From Candidatus Staskawiczbacteria bacterium (GTDB lineage Bacteria; Patescibacteriota; Minisyncoccia; Minisyncoccales; Staskawiczbacteraceae): a stretch of DNA of 64,000 nucleotides. Every line of letters starts with the position of its first letter. Position 1 is the stretch's first letter. Below, in pieces: positions 9,638 through 19,939 of the stretch. The stretch is from contig JAPLYZ010000007.1 in NCBI GenBank assembly GCA_026395295.1, positions 370 to 64,369 on the forward strand, given 5' to 3'. The notes below the pieces were generated by a model. That model worked only from the letters and a program-made list of their open reading frames with translations. It did not search any database and had not been told where the DNA came from. Position numbers and translations under genes: made by a program.

Positions 9638-10764
9638 AACACAAGCCTCCTTGAACCTTTAGACATCATTGAATTTGATACAACAATATGAAGCCAGACT
9701 TTCTGCCACTTTTCTCTGTATTTTGCCTTAACAAAAGTCTTATACATTTCTTTTAAAATAATCGACGGGGTGACTAAGAAAATAATAAAAAAAAACGAAA
9801 CTAAAAACGCATCCATCCACGTTGCTTGCCGAAAAAATAATTTTACGCAACCGATAAACGAGTGGTAGTTAAAAGTGTCAAACGCCTTCATAGATCCCAT
9901 TTCTTTAATAGCGCGTCTTCTAATCTTTTTTTCCTCGCCAGTAATTATTCTCCTATAAAAATCACCTACATATTTACTGGCCAACAATAAATGGTCAAGC
10001 TTTTTCCATGCCACATAGTATAAAGAAAATTTGTCCTCAACGTAATATTTATAGCAATGCAGACTTTCATGTATGATTGCCTCATTAAACCTCAAAACCT
10101 CTAACTGCTGATATTTTAGAAGCATCAGCTGATATATAAAAACATGTATATAACTTGTCGTCACCGCCTTTGCAATATAAGCATTTTCTTCTTTCAAAAT
10201 CTTTTTTAGAAATTTATTATTTAATAATAATATGGAAAGAAAAGAATTATTAGAACGTATTCCTATGATATCTTTTATATCTGTTTTATACATTTTAGGT
10301 TTTGTTTCTTCAATAGTGTCAAAATATGCTATTTCTTTCCCATTTTTTTCATCGGTGCAATACGATTCGTGGCCCAAAAGAATAATCCCTGTGTTATCAT
10401 CACAATAGTCTTTTATAAAATTAATCACTTTTTTGAAACCGCCGTCAACTATCATATCATCGTCGCCCAAAAGCCATACGAATTCGCCGTCAGACATTTC
10501 CATAATTTTTAATACATTTCCGTCATAACCCAAATTCTCGCTATTCTCATTGTAGCTTATTAGCCCCGGATACCTTGTCTGAAAGCCGGCTACAACCTCA
10601 CTCGTATTATCCGTTGAACAATTATTGGATATACATATTTGAAAAATCCCCTCTAGCTCGTTAGCCTCCGGCGCGATATGGCTCAAAAGATTCTGTAAAA
10701 AAACCGCCCTATTGTAGGTAGGTATGGCGATGCTTATTAGAGGCTTATTGTTCTTTTTTTTCAT
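9634..10764 (-). CDS. Glycosyltransferase family 2 (RfbV/abequosyltransferase-like)
   Basis: LISIAIPTYNR, NCSTDNT, NLGYDGN, WLLGDDD. Confidence 0.85.
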   Translation of the reverse strand: MKKKNNKPLISIAIPTYNRAVFLQNLLSHIAPEANELEGIFQICISNNCSTDNTSEVVAGFQTRYPGLISYNENSENLGYDGNVLKIMEMSDGEFVWLLGDDDMIVDGGFKKVINFIKDYCDDNTGIILLGHESYCTDEKNGKEIAYFDTIEETKPKMYKTDIKDIIGIRSNNSFLSILLLNNKFLKKILKEENAYIAKAVTTSYIHVFIYQLMLLKYQQLEVLRFNEAIIHESLHCYKYYVEDKFSLYYVAWKKLDHLLLASKYVGDFYRRIITGEEKKIRRRAIKEMGSMKAFDTFNYHSFIGCVKLFFRQATWMDAFLVSFFFIIFLVTPSIILKEMYKTFVKAKYREKWQKVWLHIVVSNSMMSKGSRRLVF

Positions 10765-10806
10765 CGATTTTGCTTGTCAGTCCGTCGGCCATGACAAAAT
10801 AAAATT

Positions 10807-11760
10807 TCAATATAATTTTTTGTTTTCCCGAAACCAATTTATAGTTTTTAAAATTCCCGACTCAAAATCATGGTTAATTCTCCAGTCAAAAGTTCCCATA
10901 GCTTTTTTGTTGTCGGCTTGGAAAAAATTTGATTCTTTATAATAGCTGCTTCTTTCCCCATAATTAACATTCAGCTTCTCACCCAATAATTCCCCTATAA
11001 TTCTGACAACCTCCTTGATAGAGTGTTGCTTGCCAGAACCTATGTTAAATATCTCTCCTTTGTAGTTATGTTTTTTTTCTAAGATTTTTATGAAGACGTC
11101 CATCAAGTCTTCAATAAAAATAAAATCCCTAACATAATTTGGTGAAGCTAAATCTATTCTTCTTCCCTCTAAAGCATTTAAGATTATATACGGAATTAAT
11201 CTTTGACCGTCCTCAAAATACCCGAATGGAGTAAAAAGCCTCAAATTTACAACAGGAAAATTATTTTCTTCTGCTATTTTCTTTAATAACAGTTCTGCGG
11301 CTAACTTCGTTACTCCATAAACGTTCGACGGATCAACGGGATCTTCTTCATTAATACTGGTTTTTTTTGATTTATATTCTGAACAACTGCTGGCATTAAC
11401 AAATGTTGACACCTTACAGCCTTTTAATGAATTTACTAAATTTATTGTCCCGCATATATTTATGTCTATCATTTTTCTCAAATCATGCTGAACAGACGGA
11501 TAAACTCCATAACTCGCCAGATGGAAGATAACGCTTGGACTTACGCTGTTTACAAATTTAGACAGTCTATCACTGTCTTCTATGTCAACATATCTAATAG
11601 TGACCTTATCTAATACATCTTTCAATCTCCACAAATTGGCATGTTTTTTTTCGATTATAAATACCTCAAAATCACCGCTAGAAACTAGTTTCCTAGTTAA
11701 ATTAGACCCGATAAAACCAGCTCCGCCGGTAATCAAAACTTTTGTCTTCTTTTTTGCCAT
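10807..11760 (-). CDS. NAD-dependent sugar epimerase/reductase (extended SDR)
   Basis: GGAGFIGS and YGVTK catalytic motif; located beside CDP-glucose genes. Confidence 0.85.
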   Translation of the reverse strand: MAKKKTKVLITGGAGFIGSNLTRKLVSSGDFEVFIIEKKHANLWRLKDVLDKVTIRYVDIEDSDRLSKFVNSVSPSVIFHLASYGVYPSVQHDLRKMIDINICGTINLVNSLKGCKVSTFVNASSCSEYKSKKTSINEEDPVDPSNVYGVTKLAAELLLKKIAEENNFPVVNLRLFTPFGYFEDGQRLIPYIILNALEGRRIDLASPNYVRDFIFIEDLMDVFIKILEKKHNYKGEIFNIGSGKQHSIKEVVRIIGELLGEKLNVNYGERSSYYKESNFFQADNKKAMGTFDWRINHDFESGILKTINWFRENKKLY

Positions 11761-12683
11761 TCGAATGTTTCCTTAACACCATCTTGAAAGCTAGTTTTTG
11801 GTTGCCAACTCAAAACTTCTTTTGCCTTAGTCCAATCAAGATACTGTTTTGGTATTTCATTCTTTGTAATGTTCAATACTTTATAACCTATCCTTACGTC
11901 TAGTATCTTCTCGATATTATTTATAATCTCAATAACATTAAATATGTTTTTTGACCCGAAATTAAATGCTTCTCCGTAATTTTTTTTATAATTAGATAGT
12001 TTTATACAGCCTAAAACTATATCCTTAACGTAGGTGTATTCCCTAATCATTTTTCCATCGCTCCTTATCAGAAACTCTTTATTCTTAATTACCGACTCTA
12101 TAATTCCAGGTATTATTCTAGAAAGATTCATATCTCCCGGTCCGAAAACATTGCTAAATCTTGTGATTAAAATCGGCAAACCATACGTTGAAAAATATGC
12201 CCGAGCTATTAAATCGGCAGACGATTTCGAAACGTCATAAGGATGATCTCCTCTTAAGGGAAAATCTTCTCTATAGGGCAAATTTTTGGATTTCCCGTAT
12301 GCTTTGTCTGAAGAAACAACTATAATCGCCTCCATATGTCCCAGTTTTCTGCAGGCTTCCAAAACATTAACTGTGCCCATAACATTGGTCTCAATGGCGT
12401 CAAAAGGTTTTTGATAGGCATCTCCAACAATAGCCTCTGCGGCTAAATGAAAAACAACATTTGGATTTTCTTTTTTAAAAACTTCCCGAAGTTTTTTGCT
12501 CCTTACGTCAATCTTATAAAATTTCGCCTTAGAATTTATATTCTCTTTTCTACCTGAAGACAGGTTGTCTATCACAACAACCTTATTTTTTTGCTCAACC
12601 AGTTCATTTACCAAATTAGAACCGATAAACCCGGCGCCCCCGGTCACCAATATTTTTTTTGTTTTTATTTCCATATTTTCCAT
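11733..12683 (-). CDS. rfbG: CDP-glucose 4,6-dehydratase-like SDR
   Basis: GGAGFIGS, SSDKAY, PYDVSK, NVFGPGD; adjacent to rfbF. Confidence 0.7.
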   Translation of the reverse strand: MENMEIKTKKILVTGGAGFIGSNLVNELVEQKNKVVVIDNLSSGRKENINSKAKFYKIDVRSKKLREVFKKENPNVVFHLAAEAIVGDAYQKPFDAIETNVMGTVNVLEACRKLGHMEAIIVVSSDKAYGKSKNLPYREDFPLRGDHPYDVSKSSADLIARAYFSTYGLPILITRFSNVFGPGDMNLSRIIPGIIESVIKNKEFLIRSDGKMIREYTYVKDIVLGCIKLSNYKKNYGEAFNFGSKNIFNVIEIINNIEKILDVRIGYKVLNITKNEIPKQYLDWTKAKEVLSWQPKTSFQDGVKETFEWQKRRQKF

Positions 12684-13435
12684 TTTGGGTCTTTACACCA
12701 TAATTCATTCAAATATAAAAAATCTTTGTAAGTGTCCATTCCATACCAAAATCCTTCGTGTTTGTACAAAGCCAGCTGCTTTTCTGGTATAAGCCGGGCC
12801 AAAGAATCTTCAATCATATCCCCTTCTTTTATGAAATCAAAAAATTCCTTATTAAAAATCATAAAACCTCCGCTGACATAATCAAAAAGTAAAGGCTTTT
12901 GGGCAAATTCTGTTACCAAATTGTCTTTACCGGCGTTAACCAACCCCCATTTAGATGACGGGTGAACTCCTGTGATGGTAGCCATTTTTCCGTGGCTTTT
13001 ATGAAACTCAACCAATTTTCCGATATCAATGTCGGCGACTCCATCTCCATAAGTCAGCATAAATGCATCCTCTGTGATATACTTTTTAAGCTTTAAAACT
13101 CTCTCTCCGTGCGGAGTTTCCAGCCCTGTTTCAACAAAAATTATATTGAAATCATTTTTTTCTCCGTCAGCTTCAAAAAAATCGGCAATTTTTCCTTTTT
13201 CCGGGTTAAATGAAAAATCGCTGGTATAATATTTTTGCTTTAAAAAATAATCTTTGATAGAGTCGCTTTTGTAACCTAAGGCCAAAACAAAATTGTTATA
13301 ACCATAATGGTTATATATTTTCATAATATGCCACAAAATCGGTTTTCCTCCTATTTCTACCATGGGCTTTGCCTTAAACTCGGTTTCTTCTCTTAAACGG
13401 GTGCCGGATCCTCCACAAAGTATTATTGTTTTCAT
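12665..13435 (-). CDS. rfbF: Glucose-1-phosphate cytidylyltransferase
   Basis: ILCGGSGTRLREETEFKAKPMVEIGGKPILWHIMK, LTYGDGV, HEGFWYGMDT. Confidence 0.9.
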   Translation of the reverse strand: MKTIILCGGSGTRLREETEFKAKPMVEIGGKPILWHIMKIYNHYGYNNFVLALGYKSDSIKDYFLKQKYYTSDFSFNPEKGKIADFFEADGEKNDFNIIFVETGLETPHGERVLKLKKYITEDAFMLTYGDGVADIDIGKLVEFHKSHGKMATITGVHPSSKWGLVNAGKDNLVTEFAQKPLLFDYVSGGFMIFNKEFFDFIKEGDMIEDSLARLIPEKQLALYKHEGFWYGMDTYKDFLYLNELWCKDPKWKIWK

Positions 13436-13439
13436 ATTT

Positions 13440-14765
13440 TTATTTTTTTAATTCGCTGATATTATCATATACCTTTCCGAAGGCAGAAATCAAATCATCT
13501 AAATCTTTCTTTTTGAAAGGCGGGGTCATTAGGTCGTGGGTAATTAGTTCTTTGTTGTGCATTTTTTCAGTCACCGGACACAACCCCTCTGAATAATCTA
13601 ATTTTCCTTTATAAAAAGAACACTTAAACGGACATCCTTTGTCGCCGAAACCAATCAATTTTTGGTAAAGAGGCAAAAGATAAAGAGGCTTTACATATCC
13701 ACAACCTATTAAAACGCCCTGATTTTCTCTGCTCTCCATAGGCATAAGCTCGGCTTTTACGGCTTCAATGAATTTATTCCTTGAAACCCCGACAACTTCT
13801 TCTTTATATTTTAACGGATGTTTATAAAAAACATGTTTGCATTGCGGTCTGACTTTGGCCGGCTCTAAAAAGGGAAATTTAGAAAATTTTTCAGACAAAT
13901 ACTCGACGTTCTTTAATCTCGCTTCCAGTAGCTTATCTAATTTTTTCAACTGAACTCTGGCTATAGCCGCTTCCACCTCGGTCATTCTGAAATTAAAACC
14001 AATCATATTGACTAGAGATGAATAGCCCTTGTCTCCCACCACTGCCTCTGCATGATTCCTAATCAATCTAACTTTTTCTGCTAATTCATCGTTATCAGTT
14101 ACCACCATTCCACCTTCGCCGGTGTGGATATGTTTGTGGTAATTTAAAGAATAAACTCCAATGTCTCCCAAGGTCCCGGCCATTCTGCCTTTATATTCTG
14201 CCCCGGGCGCCTGGGCAGCATCTTCTATCACGTATAAATTATGCTTTTTTGCGATTGCATTAATTTTATCTGCGTCGTACGGCTGTCCAAAAATATCTAC
14301 TGCTATTATGGCTTTTGTTCTTTCTGTAATTTTGCTTTCAACTGATTCCGGATCAATACAAAAAAAATCTTTTTCAATATCGGCGAAAACAGGTATTGCA
14401 TTATACACAAGAGGGGCGCTTGCCGATATACACATTGAATAGGGACTAACTATAACTTCGTCGCCTGGACCTAGGCCACAGGCCCCCACCGCGCAATATA
14501 AGCCCGATGTGGCGCTGTTAACACTTATGGCGTGCTTTACCCCAAAGTATTTTGCCCATTCTTTCTCTAACCTGCGAACTTCCGGTCCTCCGTAAAAATC
14601 CTCGTGCCAAGCTCCCAGATATTTTGAAAGCACCCCTGTTTTTAAGACACTTGAAACGGCCTTAATTTCCTCTTGTCCTATTGTCTGGTAGAAAGGAAAA
14701 AGTTTCGTCCTTATTTTTGGCCCTCCGTGTATCGCTAATTTGTGATTATTTTTTTCAAATTTCAT
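13440..14765 (-). CDS. DegT/DnrJ/EryC1/StrS PLP-dependent sugar aminotransferase
   Basis: VNSATSGL, IEDAAQA, SLNYHKHIHTGEGG, GFNFRM. Confidence 0.9.
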   Translation of the reverse strand: MKFEKNNHKLAIHGGPKIRTKLFPFYQTIGQEEIKAVSSVLKTGVLSKYLGAWHEDFYGGPEVRRLEKEWAKYFGVKHAISVNSATSGLYCAVGACGLGPGDEVIVSPYSMCISASAPLVYNAIPVFADIEKDFFCIDPESVESKITERTKAIIAVDIFGQPYDADKINAIAKKHNLYVIEDAAQAPGAEYKGRMAGTLGDIGVYSLNYHKHIHTGEGGMVVTDNDELAEKVRLIRNHAEAVVGDKGYSSLVNMIGFNFRMTEVEAAIARVQLKKLDKLLEARLKNVEYLSEKFSKFPFLEPAKVRPQCKHVFYKHPLKYKEEVVGVSRNKFIEAVKAELMPMESRENQGVLIGCGYVKPLYLLPLYQKLIGFGDKGCPFKCSFYKGKLDYSEGLCPVTEKMHNKELITHDLMTPPFKKKDLDDLISAFGKVYDNISELKK

Positions 14766-15811
14766 TTATTTTCTAAAATATGCTCTATTAGGCTCGCTAC
14801 TTTATCGGCTGATTTATTTTTGGTATATTTTGTCCGCTGCCTTTTTTCAGATAAAACTTTCCCTTTCAAAACGCTCTCTATTACCCCAAGAATATCTTCC
14901 TTTTTATACACCGGAACAGACCATCCGTAAACATTACTCCGCAAAGTATCGCTTGTTGCGTCTTTTCCGGGTTGATAGCTCAACACCTTTTTACCCATTA
15001 AAGCTGCGTCGAAAAGAGCCATAGAGTGCATGCCCATTATTAATTCTGCTTTTTGGGTGAGCGCATCTGCATTTACATCGCCTTTTAACTTTTCAATACT
15101 CAATTTAGAATCTTTAATTATACTATCATATTTATCCTTATCTTTTTCTCTTGAAGGATGGAATTTTATAATTATCTTTTTTTCCGGATACCTTTTATCT
15201 AAAACATCAACAATGTCTTTGAAAACATCTACCTCGCTCATTCCTTTGCTGGAAAAGGGTTGCGAATAAAAAACAATAAGATTTTTTTCTTCTCTCGTTT
15301 TTTTAATATCAGAAAACTTATCAAAACGGGGATTACCGACAATTTTAATAATGTCCGAGGGAATTCCTATTTTTTCCAAATCACCTTTCATTTCTCCATC
15401 TATGACCAATATGCTATCAGGAATAAATTCTAACTTTTTTCCAAATCTTTCCCCATAGTTTATCCAGGAATCAACTATGCTTATCGCTGGCCTACCCGCA
15501 TCTTTTGAGGCTTTTATTATTTTCTTATCAAGTGAATCTTCTAATTCCGTGTTATTTGTATCGGTAATAAATAAGTCCGGATTCTCTTTCTCAATAATAT
15601 CTTCTACTTCTTGGACTGAAAAACCTACTGATAAATGTAGATTCTTAATGCCTTTTTTCTCGGCGTATTCATAGATATCTTTGTTGCCCAAAAATAAAGC
15701 GAATTCAAATTTTCCGTCATTTTGGATCCTTTCAATCACCGGAAAGAAGACGTCTATTCCTCCCGCTTGCTCTGCGACAAAAATTATATATTTTTTTTCT
15801 ATTTTGCGCAT
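14762..15811 (-). CDS. GT-B-fold protein in the nonulosonate cluster (transferase or nucleotide-sugar hydrolase)
   Basis: DSWINY, VGNPRFD, IKFHP, SMALFDAALMGK. Confidence 0.55.
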   Translation of the reverse strand: MRKIEKKYIIFVAEQAGGIDVFFPVIERIQNDGKFEFALFLGNKDIYEYAEKKGIKNLHLSVGFSVQEVEDIIEKENPDLFITDTNNTELEDSLDKKIIKASKDAGRPAISIVDSWINYGERFGKKLEFIPDSILVIDGEMKGDLEKIGIPSDIIKIVGNPRFDKFSDIKKTREEKNLIVFYSQPFSSKGMSEVDVFKDIVDVLDKRYPEKKIIIKFHPSREKDKDKYDSIIKDSKLSIEKLKGDVNADALTQKAELIMGMHSMALFDAALMGKKVLSYQPGKDATSDTLRSNVYGWSVPVYKKEDILGVIESVLKGKVLSEKRQRTKYTKNKSADKVASLIEHILENK

Positions 15812-16746
15812 ATTTTTTGAGCCTCATATCCATCTTTTATGTCGCATATAAGGTTGCCACCTCTTATAATGGCGTCATATAAGTTATCTACTGCATAATA
15901 TAAAGCCTTGCCCATTGAAGTTTTTGTCGTTTTTCCTAAAGAAACATTTTTATAACCTTTAAACGTGGCGTCGTCGCTTAAAAAATACTCCCGCATTTCG
16001 AAACCGTTATTTATAATTCTTATCCTGGCTTTCTCGAAAAAAAGGTCTAGCTCAAAAATTGTAAAATGCCTTGAGTCTATGGCGTTTAATAAGATTTCTT
16101 TTCCATTTCTCAATTTCAATACAGCCGAAACCGTTGGATCTTTTCTGCTAAAATCATAAATTTCCGAAATCATCTTTTTATTTTTTATTTCTCCAAAAAA
16201 ATAGCGCAATAAATCTATCAAGTGCGACCCGTTGTGCAAAAAACCTTTGCCGTAGACTCCATTGCCGGTTAAAAATTTTCCGTATTTTCCTCCGGCAATC
16301 ATTTTTTTCAAATCATGGAATTCCGGTACAAATCTTCTTGTATAATTCACTAAAAATTTACGGCTTTTAAAAAATTCGGATCCGATGATTTTGCGTGAAT
16401 CTTCAAGGCTATCTGTCAGCGGTTTTTCTATTATTCCACCCAAAATATCTGTTTTCGCCGTCTCCTTTAAAATCTTATAGTGCTCCTCATCCGGGGCGCA
16501 GATAGACACGACGTCTATTTTTATATTTTTACGCAATTCCGAAATTGTTTTAGCCGAAGATCCGCCCCATATTTTTGCAGCTTGTTCAGCTTTTTTTATA
16601 TCATTATCCACGAAACCAACCAGCTTGAATCCGGGATGATTTGTGTAGGCATGAGCATGAGTCAAAATATTCCTTGAACTAGGATTATCGTAAAACGCCC
16701 CTATATTGCCTGCGCCAATGATCGCCGCATTTAATTTATTTGACAT
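15799..16746 (-). CDS. Gfo/Idh/MocA oxidoreductase
   Basis: IIGAGNIG, EKP, VNYTRRF, HLIDL. Confidence 0.9.
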   Translation of the reverse strand: MSNKLNAAIIGAGNIGAFYDNPSSRNILTHAHAYTNHPGFKLVGFVDNDIKKAEQAAKIWGGSSAKTISELRKNIKIDVVSICAPDEEHYKILKETAKTDILGGIIEKPLTDSLEDSRKIIGSEFFKSRKFLVNYTRRFVPEFHDLKKMIAGGKYGKFLTGNGVYGKGFLHNGSHLIDLLRYFFGEIKNKKMISEIYDFSRKDPTVSAVLKLRNGKEILLNAIDSRHFTIFELDLFFEKARIRIINNGFEMREYFLSDDATFKGYKNVSLGKTTKTSMGKALYYAVDNLYDAIIRGGNLICDIKDGYEAQKICAK

Positions 16747-17497
16747 AATTTATAAAAGGATTTTTCCTGATTATATGCTTGTTAATTTTCATCAATTCTG
16801 GGTTTTCCCTCAACAAGTCCACCACGTCCTCTGCGGAAAAATCTGTATTTTTAGAATATAAATTTTCATAAATTTTACTTATGAGCTCATAATCTTCTTG
16901 AGTGTCTAAGGTTATTTGAAGTTCCGGCCAAAACATTTTTCCTCCAGCCTTCCAATTTTTCAAGCGATATTTTTCAGGATGCATATAAATATACAGTGAA
17001 ACATGCTCCCTGTCTTTCGGGTTTTTGGTTGTTCTTTCCACTTCTTCTAAAACCGACGTCGGGAAAATTTTCACGTCGAATCCCATAGGAAAAGATCTTT
17101 CTATGCAGTTGGATGCAAAATCGTGTTGATCTGAAAAAAAATCTTTAATTGTATAATCAACGTGTCGCCAGTCAATACAAATATTATCTCCGGGAATTTC
17201 TACAATTAAATCTGCCTTATGCAACTTAGCTGCCTCCAAAACACGCCGTAATACGTCATCTTCACTGCCACGATAATAACGGCAACCTATCTTCTCGCAC
17301 AGTTCAACGATGCAGTCGTCTGTTTTATTGACAGTTGTGGCAACTATTATATCGTCAGAATGTTTGCTTTTACGTAACCTCTCTATCATCCTATACAAAC
17401 AAGGCTCACCCAGCACGGGCATTAAAACTTTCCCCGGCAACCGGGTTGAGGTCATACGCGCTTCAACGATAACAGCAATTTTTTTATTATTTATCAT
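16736..17497 (-). CDS. spsF: SpsF/PseF-like acylneuraminate cytidylyltransferase
   Basis: EARMTSTRLPGKVL, RGSEDDVL, REHV, TLDTQEDY. Confidence 0.85.
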   Translation of the reverse strand: MINNKKIAVIVEARMTSTRLPGKVLMPVLGEPCLYRMIERLRKSKHSDDIIVATTVNKTDDCIVELCEKIGCRYYRGSEDDVLRRVLEAAKLHKADLIVEIPGDNICIDWRHVDYTIKDFFSDQHDFASNCIERSFPMGFDVKIFPTSVLEEVERTTKNPKDREHVSLYIYMHPEKYRLKNWKAGGKMFWPELQITLDTQEDYELISKIYENLYSKNTDFSAEDVVDLLRENPELMKINKHIIRKNPFINYVK

Positions 17498-17503
17498 AAT
17501 AAA

Positions 17504-18190
17504 TTACTTTGTAAAAACCCTCACCCAGTAATTTCGACCGAAATCTGCAATTTCCTTGCAATTAAACTGCTCTATTTGCCTCATGCCTAAGTTCTCAAAA
17601 ATCTTTTTGTAACGACGGGGAAAATGACGCCATGTCACCCCATCTTCGTCTTCAATTATAATTAAATATTTTTTTGTTATCCTCGCCACTTCCGAAAATA
17701 CAAATTCGCTGTCTGGATGAATATGCTGGAAAACAGCCATTGTGAACACAACATCAAAAGAATCGTTCTCTATTGTTTTAACCGCGTTTTCAACGGAATT
17801 AATATCAACTTTGACTGACGACAAAATTTTCGGATAAACTCTCTTCATTAACTCAACCGCCTCCTTGCTAATTTCTATGCCTCTCAAATTTTTATAACCG
17901 GCGACGAACAAGTAATTCAGATTCCTCCCGACATTGCAACCAATTTCTAAAATTTTATCCTGGGAATCTGCATATTTTTTAAAAAATTTAAGCAAAAATT
18001 CGCTCCTTTGCACCGGTTCTATATAGCTATTTGGCGCATTATGGTCCATTGGATCGCGCCAATATCTTTCAAGTTCTGCTCTCGATTTTTTAGCAGTCAC
18101 TAAATTCCTCAATCGCCTGTTTGCCCAAAAATAGAACGGTCTTAACGCTGATTTTATCGGCTCTGGTATTGCTTTTACTAGTTTTTTCAT
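17504..18190 (-). CDS. Class I SAM-dependent methyltransferase
   Basis: ILEIGCNVGRNL, FDVVFTMAVFQHIHP. Confidence 0.85.
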   Translation of the reverse strand: MKKLVKAIPEPIKSALRPFYFWANRRLRNLVTAKKSRAELERYWRDPMDHNAPNSYIEPVQRSEFLLKFFKKYADSQDKILEIGCNVGRNLNYLFVAGYKNLRGIEISKEAVELMKRVYPKILSSVKVDINSVENAVKTIENDSFDVVFTMAVFQHIHPDSEFVFSEVARITKKYLIIIEDEDGVTWRHFPRRYKKIFENLGMRQIEQFNCKEIADFGRNYWVRVFTK

Positions 18191-18214
18191 TTTTTAAATA
18201 TATCCAAAATATTT

Positions 18215-19270
18215 TTATAGAAAATCTTTCCACCTTATCAACTCATCTTTTTTTATGGCCTTTTTTGTTTTTCTGCCTATAATCTTATTCAAGTATTTCG
18301 GGTAAATCCCGGTTCCCGGCCTTTTACAATCGAGCATTTCTCTCCTGACTGTTACTCCTTTTGGAATGTTTGTAATTGAAACTATGCTCCGTTTATCATA
18401 GGTTCTGGTTTCCTTTTCGCACTTAAAAATCTTCTTCTTCGATTCTCCTAAAAGCGTTTCTGTCAATCTTACCGACTCAACCAATTGTTTCATTTCTTCA
18501 GGGTCAACCGACAGCCAATGGTCTGCCGAATCTGGCAAGGTCTTGTCAGTAGTATAATGCTTTTCAATTACCTTGGCCCCAACTGCCGCTGCTATCTGTG
18601 GCGACTGAACTCCCATAGTGTGGTCTGAAATTCCTATTACTAAATCTGGGAATTCTTTTTCTAAAGTTTTAATAACATTTAAATTAGAGTCTTTCAGTTC
18701 GGTTGGATAACAAAGAGTGCAATGCAATAAAATAATTTTTTTATTGCCCGCTTTTTTTATAACTCCAACAGACTCTTTTATCTCTTCTAGGGTTGATGCC
18801 CCGGTTGATAGCATAATCGGAATATTGTGCTTGGCTATATGCTCTAAAAATGGAAGGCAGCTCATGTCCGACGACGCGACTTTGATTGCTTTCATGCCAA
18901 TAGATACAAGATAATCTGCCGACTTTGCGCTAAACGGCGTTGATAAAAACTCTATATTATTTTCTTGGCAAATTTTAATAAGTTTCGGATAGTTTTCTAA
19001 TGGAAAGCCGCCTGTCTTTTCGTACGCTTCATACTGGGTGCGCCTGTCTTTATCTCCTTTCCAATTCCAAAATTTAGGAGCGCCTCGAACCACAAGGTCG
19101 TCTGCCACATATGTCTGAAATTTTATCGCATCAGCTCCAGCTTTGGCGGCCCTTACAATCAATTCTTCTGCCCTTTCCAAAGAACCGTTATGGTTGACAC
19201 CCGCTTCGGCAATTATGTAAGTTGAGCAGTCTTTACCTATAAATTTATTCCCTATTTTTATTTTTTTCAC
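18215..19270 (-). CDS. neuB: N-acetylneuraminate/nonulosonate synthase family (NeuB/PseI/LegI) with C-terminal SAF domain
   Basis: IIAEAGVNHNG, ADAIKFQT, SDHT, IEKHYT, KRPGTGI. Confidence 0.9.
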   Translation of the reverse strand: MKKIKIGNKFIGKDCSTYIIAEAGVNHNGSLERAEELIVRAAKAGADAIKFQTYVADDLVVRGAPKFWNWKGDKDRRTQYEAYEKTGGFPLENYPKLIKICQENNIEFLSTPFSAKSADYLVSIGMKAIKVASSDMSCLPFLEHIAKHNIPIMLSTGASTLEEIKESVGVIKKAGNKKIILLHCTLCYPTELKDSNLNVIKTLEKEFPDLVIGISDHTMGVQSPQIAAAVGAKVIEKHYTTDKTLPDSADHWLSVDPEEMKQLVESVRLTETLLGESKKKIFKCEKETRTYDKRSIVSITNIPKGVTVRREMLDCKRPGTGIYPKYLNKIIGRKTKKAIKKDELIRWKDFL

Positions 19271-19913
19271 GCGCTTTCGTCTCCCATTTTATTCTTTCCG
19301 CCCTATCGTTGGTCATGTTGTCTGCATGCATGCGGTAACGATATAACGGAAGGCGTAAATAGTAGCCGTTAAAATTTTTTAAATATCTTGTCAAAAGGTC
19401 AAAATCCTCTGCATTTTTTAGGTCTTTATCATAAAGACCTATAGCCTCTAAACAAATCTTGCGAAACATCACTCCTGCCCCATGCCTATACAATTTATCT
19501 ATTGTGTTCAAAGAGACCCTTTCTATAAATTCTTCCTGCTCTCCGACTTTTATGTGGTCGGAATATATAAAACCTATGTCCGGGTTTGCAATCATCAACT
19601 CGGTCATAAAAAGGAGTGTGTTCTCATTTATGTAATCATCCGCGTCAACCCTAATTATAAAACTGCCCAAGGCTTTTCTTATCCCTATATTAGAGGCTTC
19701 TGCCACGCCGACATTATCTTTTAAATAAATTGGCAAAATATCACTGCCAAAACTCTCTATTACATCTCGGCTTTTGTCTGTAGAAGCATCATCAATTACT
19801 ATTATTTCATACCTTCCTCTATCTAAAGATTGCTTCAAGCAACTCCTAATTGCTCTGCTAATATAGGCCTTTTTGTTAAAATTAGTAATGATTACACTGG
19901 CGTCTATCGACAT
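19245..19913 (-). CDS. Glycosyltransferase family 2
   Basis: SVIITNFN, DDASTD, RVDADD, EDFD. Confidence 0.9.
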   Translation of the reverse strand: MSIDASVIITNFNKKAYISRAIRSCLKQSLDRGRYEIIVIDDASTDKSRDVIESFGSDILPIYLKDNVGVAEASNIGIRKALGSFIIRVDADDYINENTLLFMTELMIANPDIGFIYSDHIKVGEQEEFIERVSLNTIDKLYRHGAGVMFRKICLEAIGLYDKDLKNAEDFDLLTRYLKNFNGYYLRLPLYRYRMHADNMTNDRAERIKWETKAREKNKNRE

Positions 19914-19939
19914 AAATTTTTCTTATTTCTTGAAACTTT

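Noticed and set aside
13440..14765. RfbH/DdhC CDP-4-keto-6-deoxyglucose 3-dehydrase
   Set aside because: Retains the PLP lysine (YHKH) instead of the RfbH histidine motif
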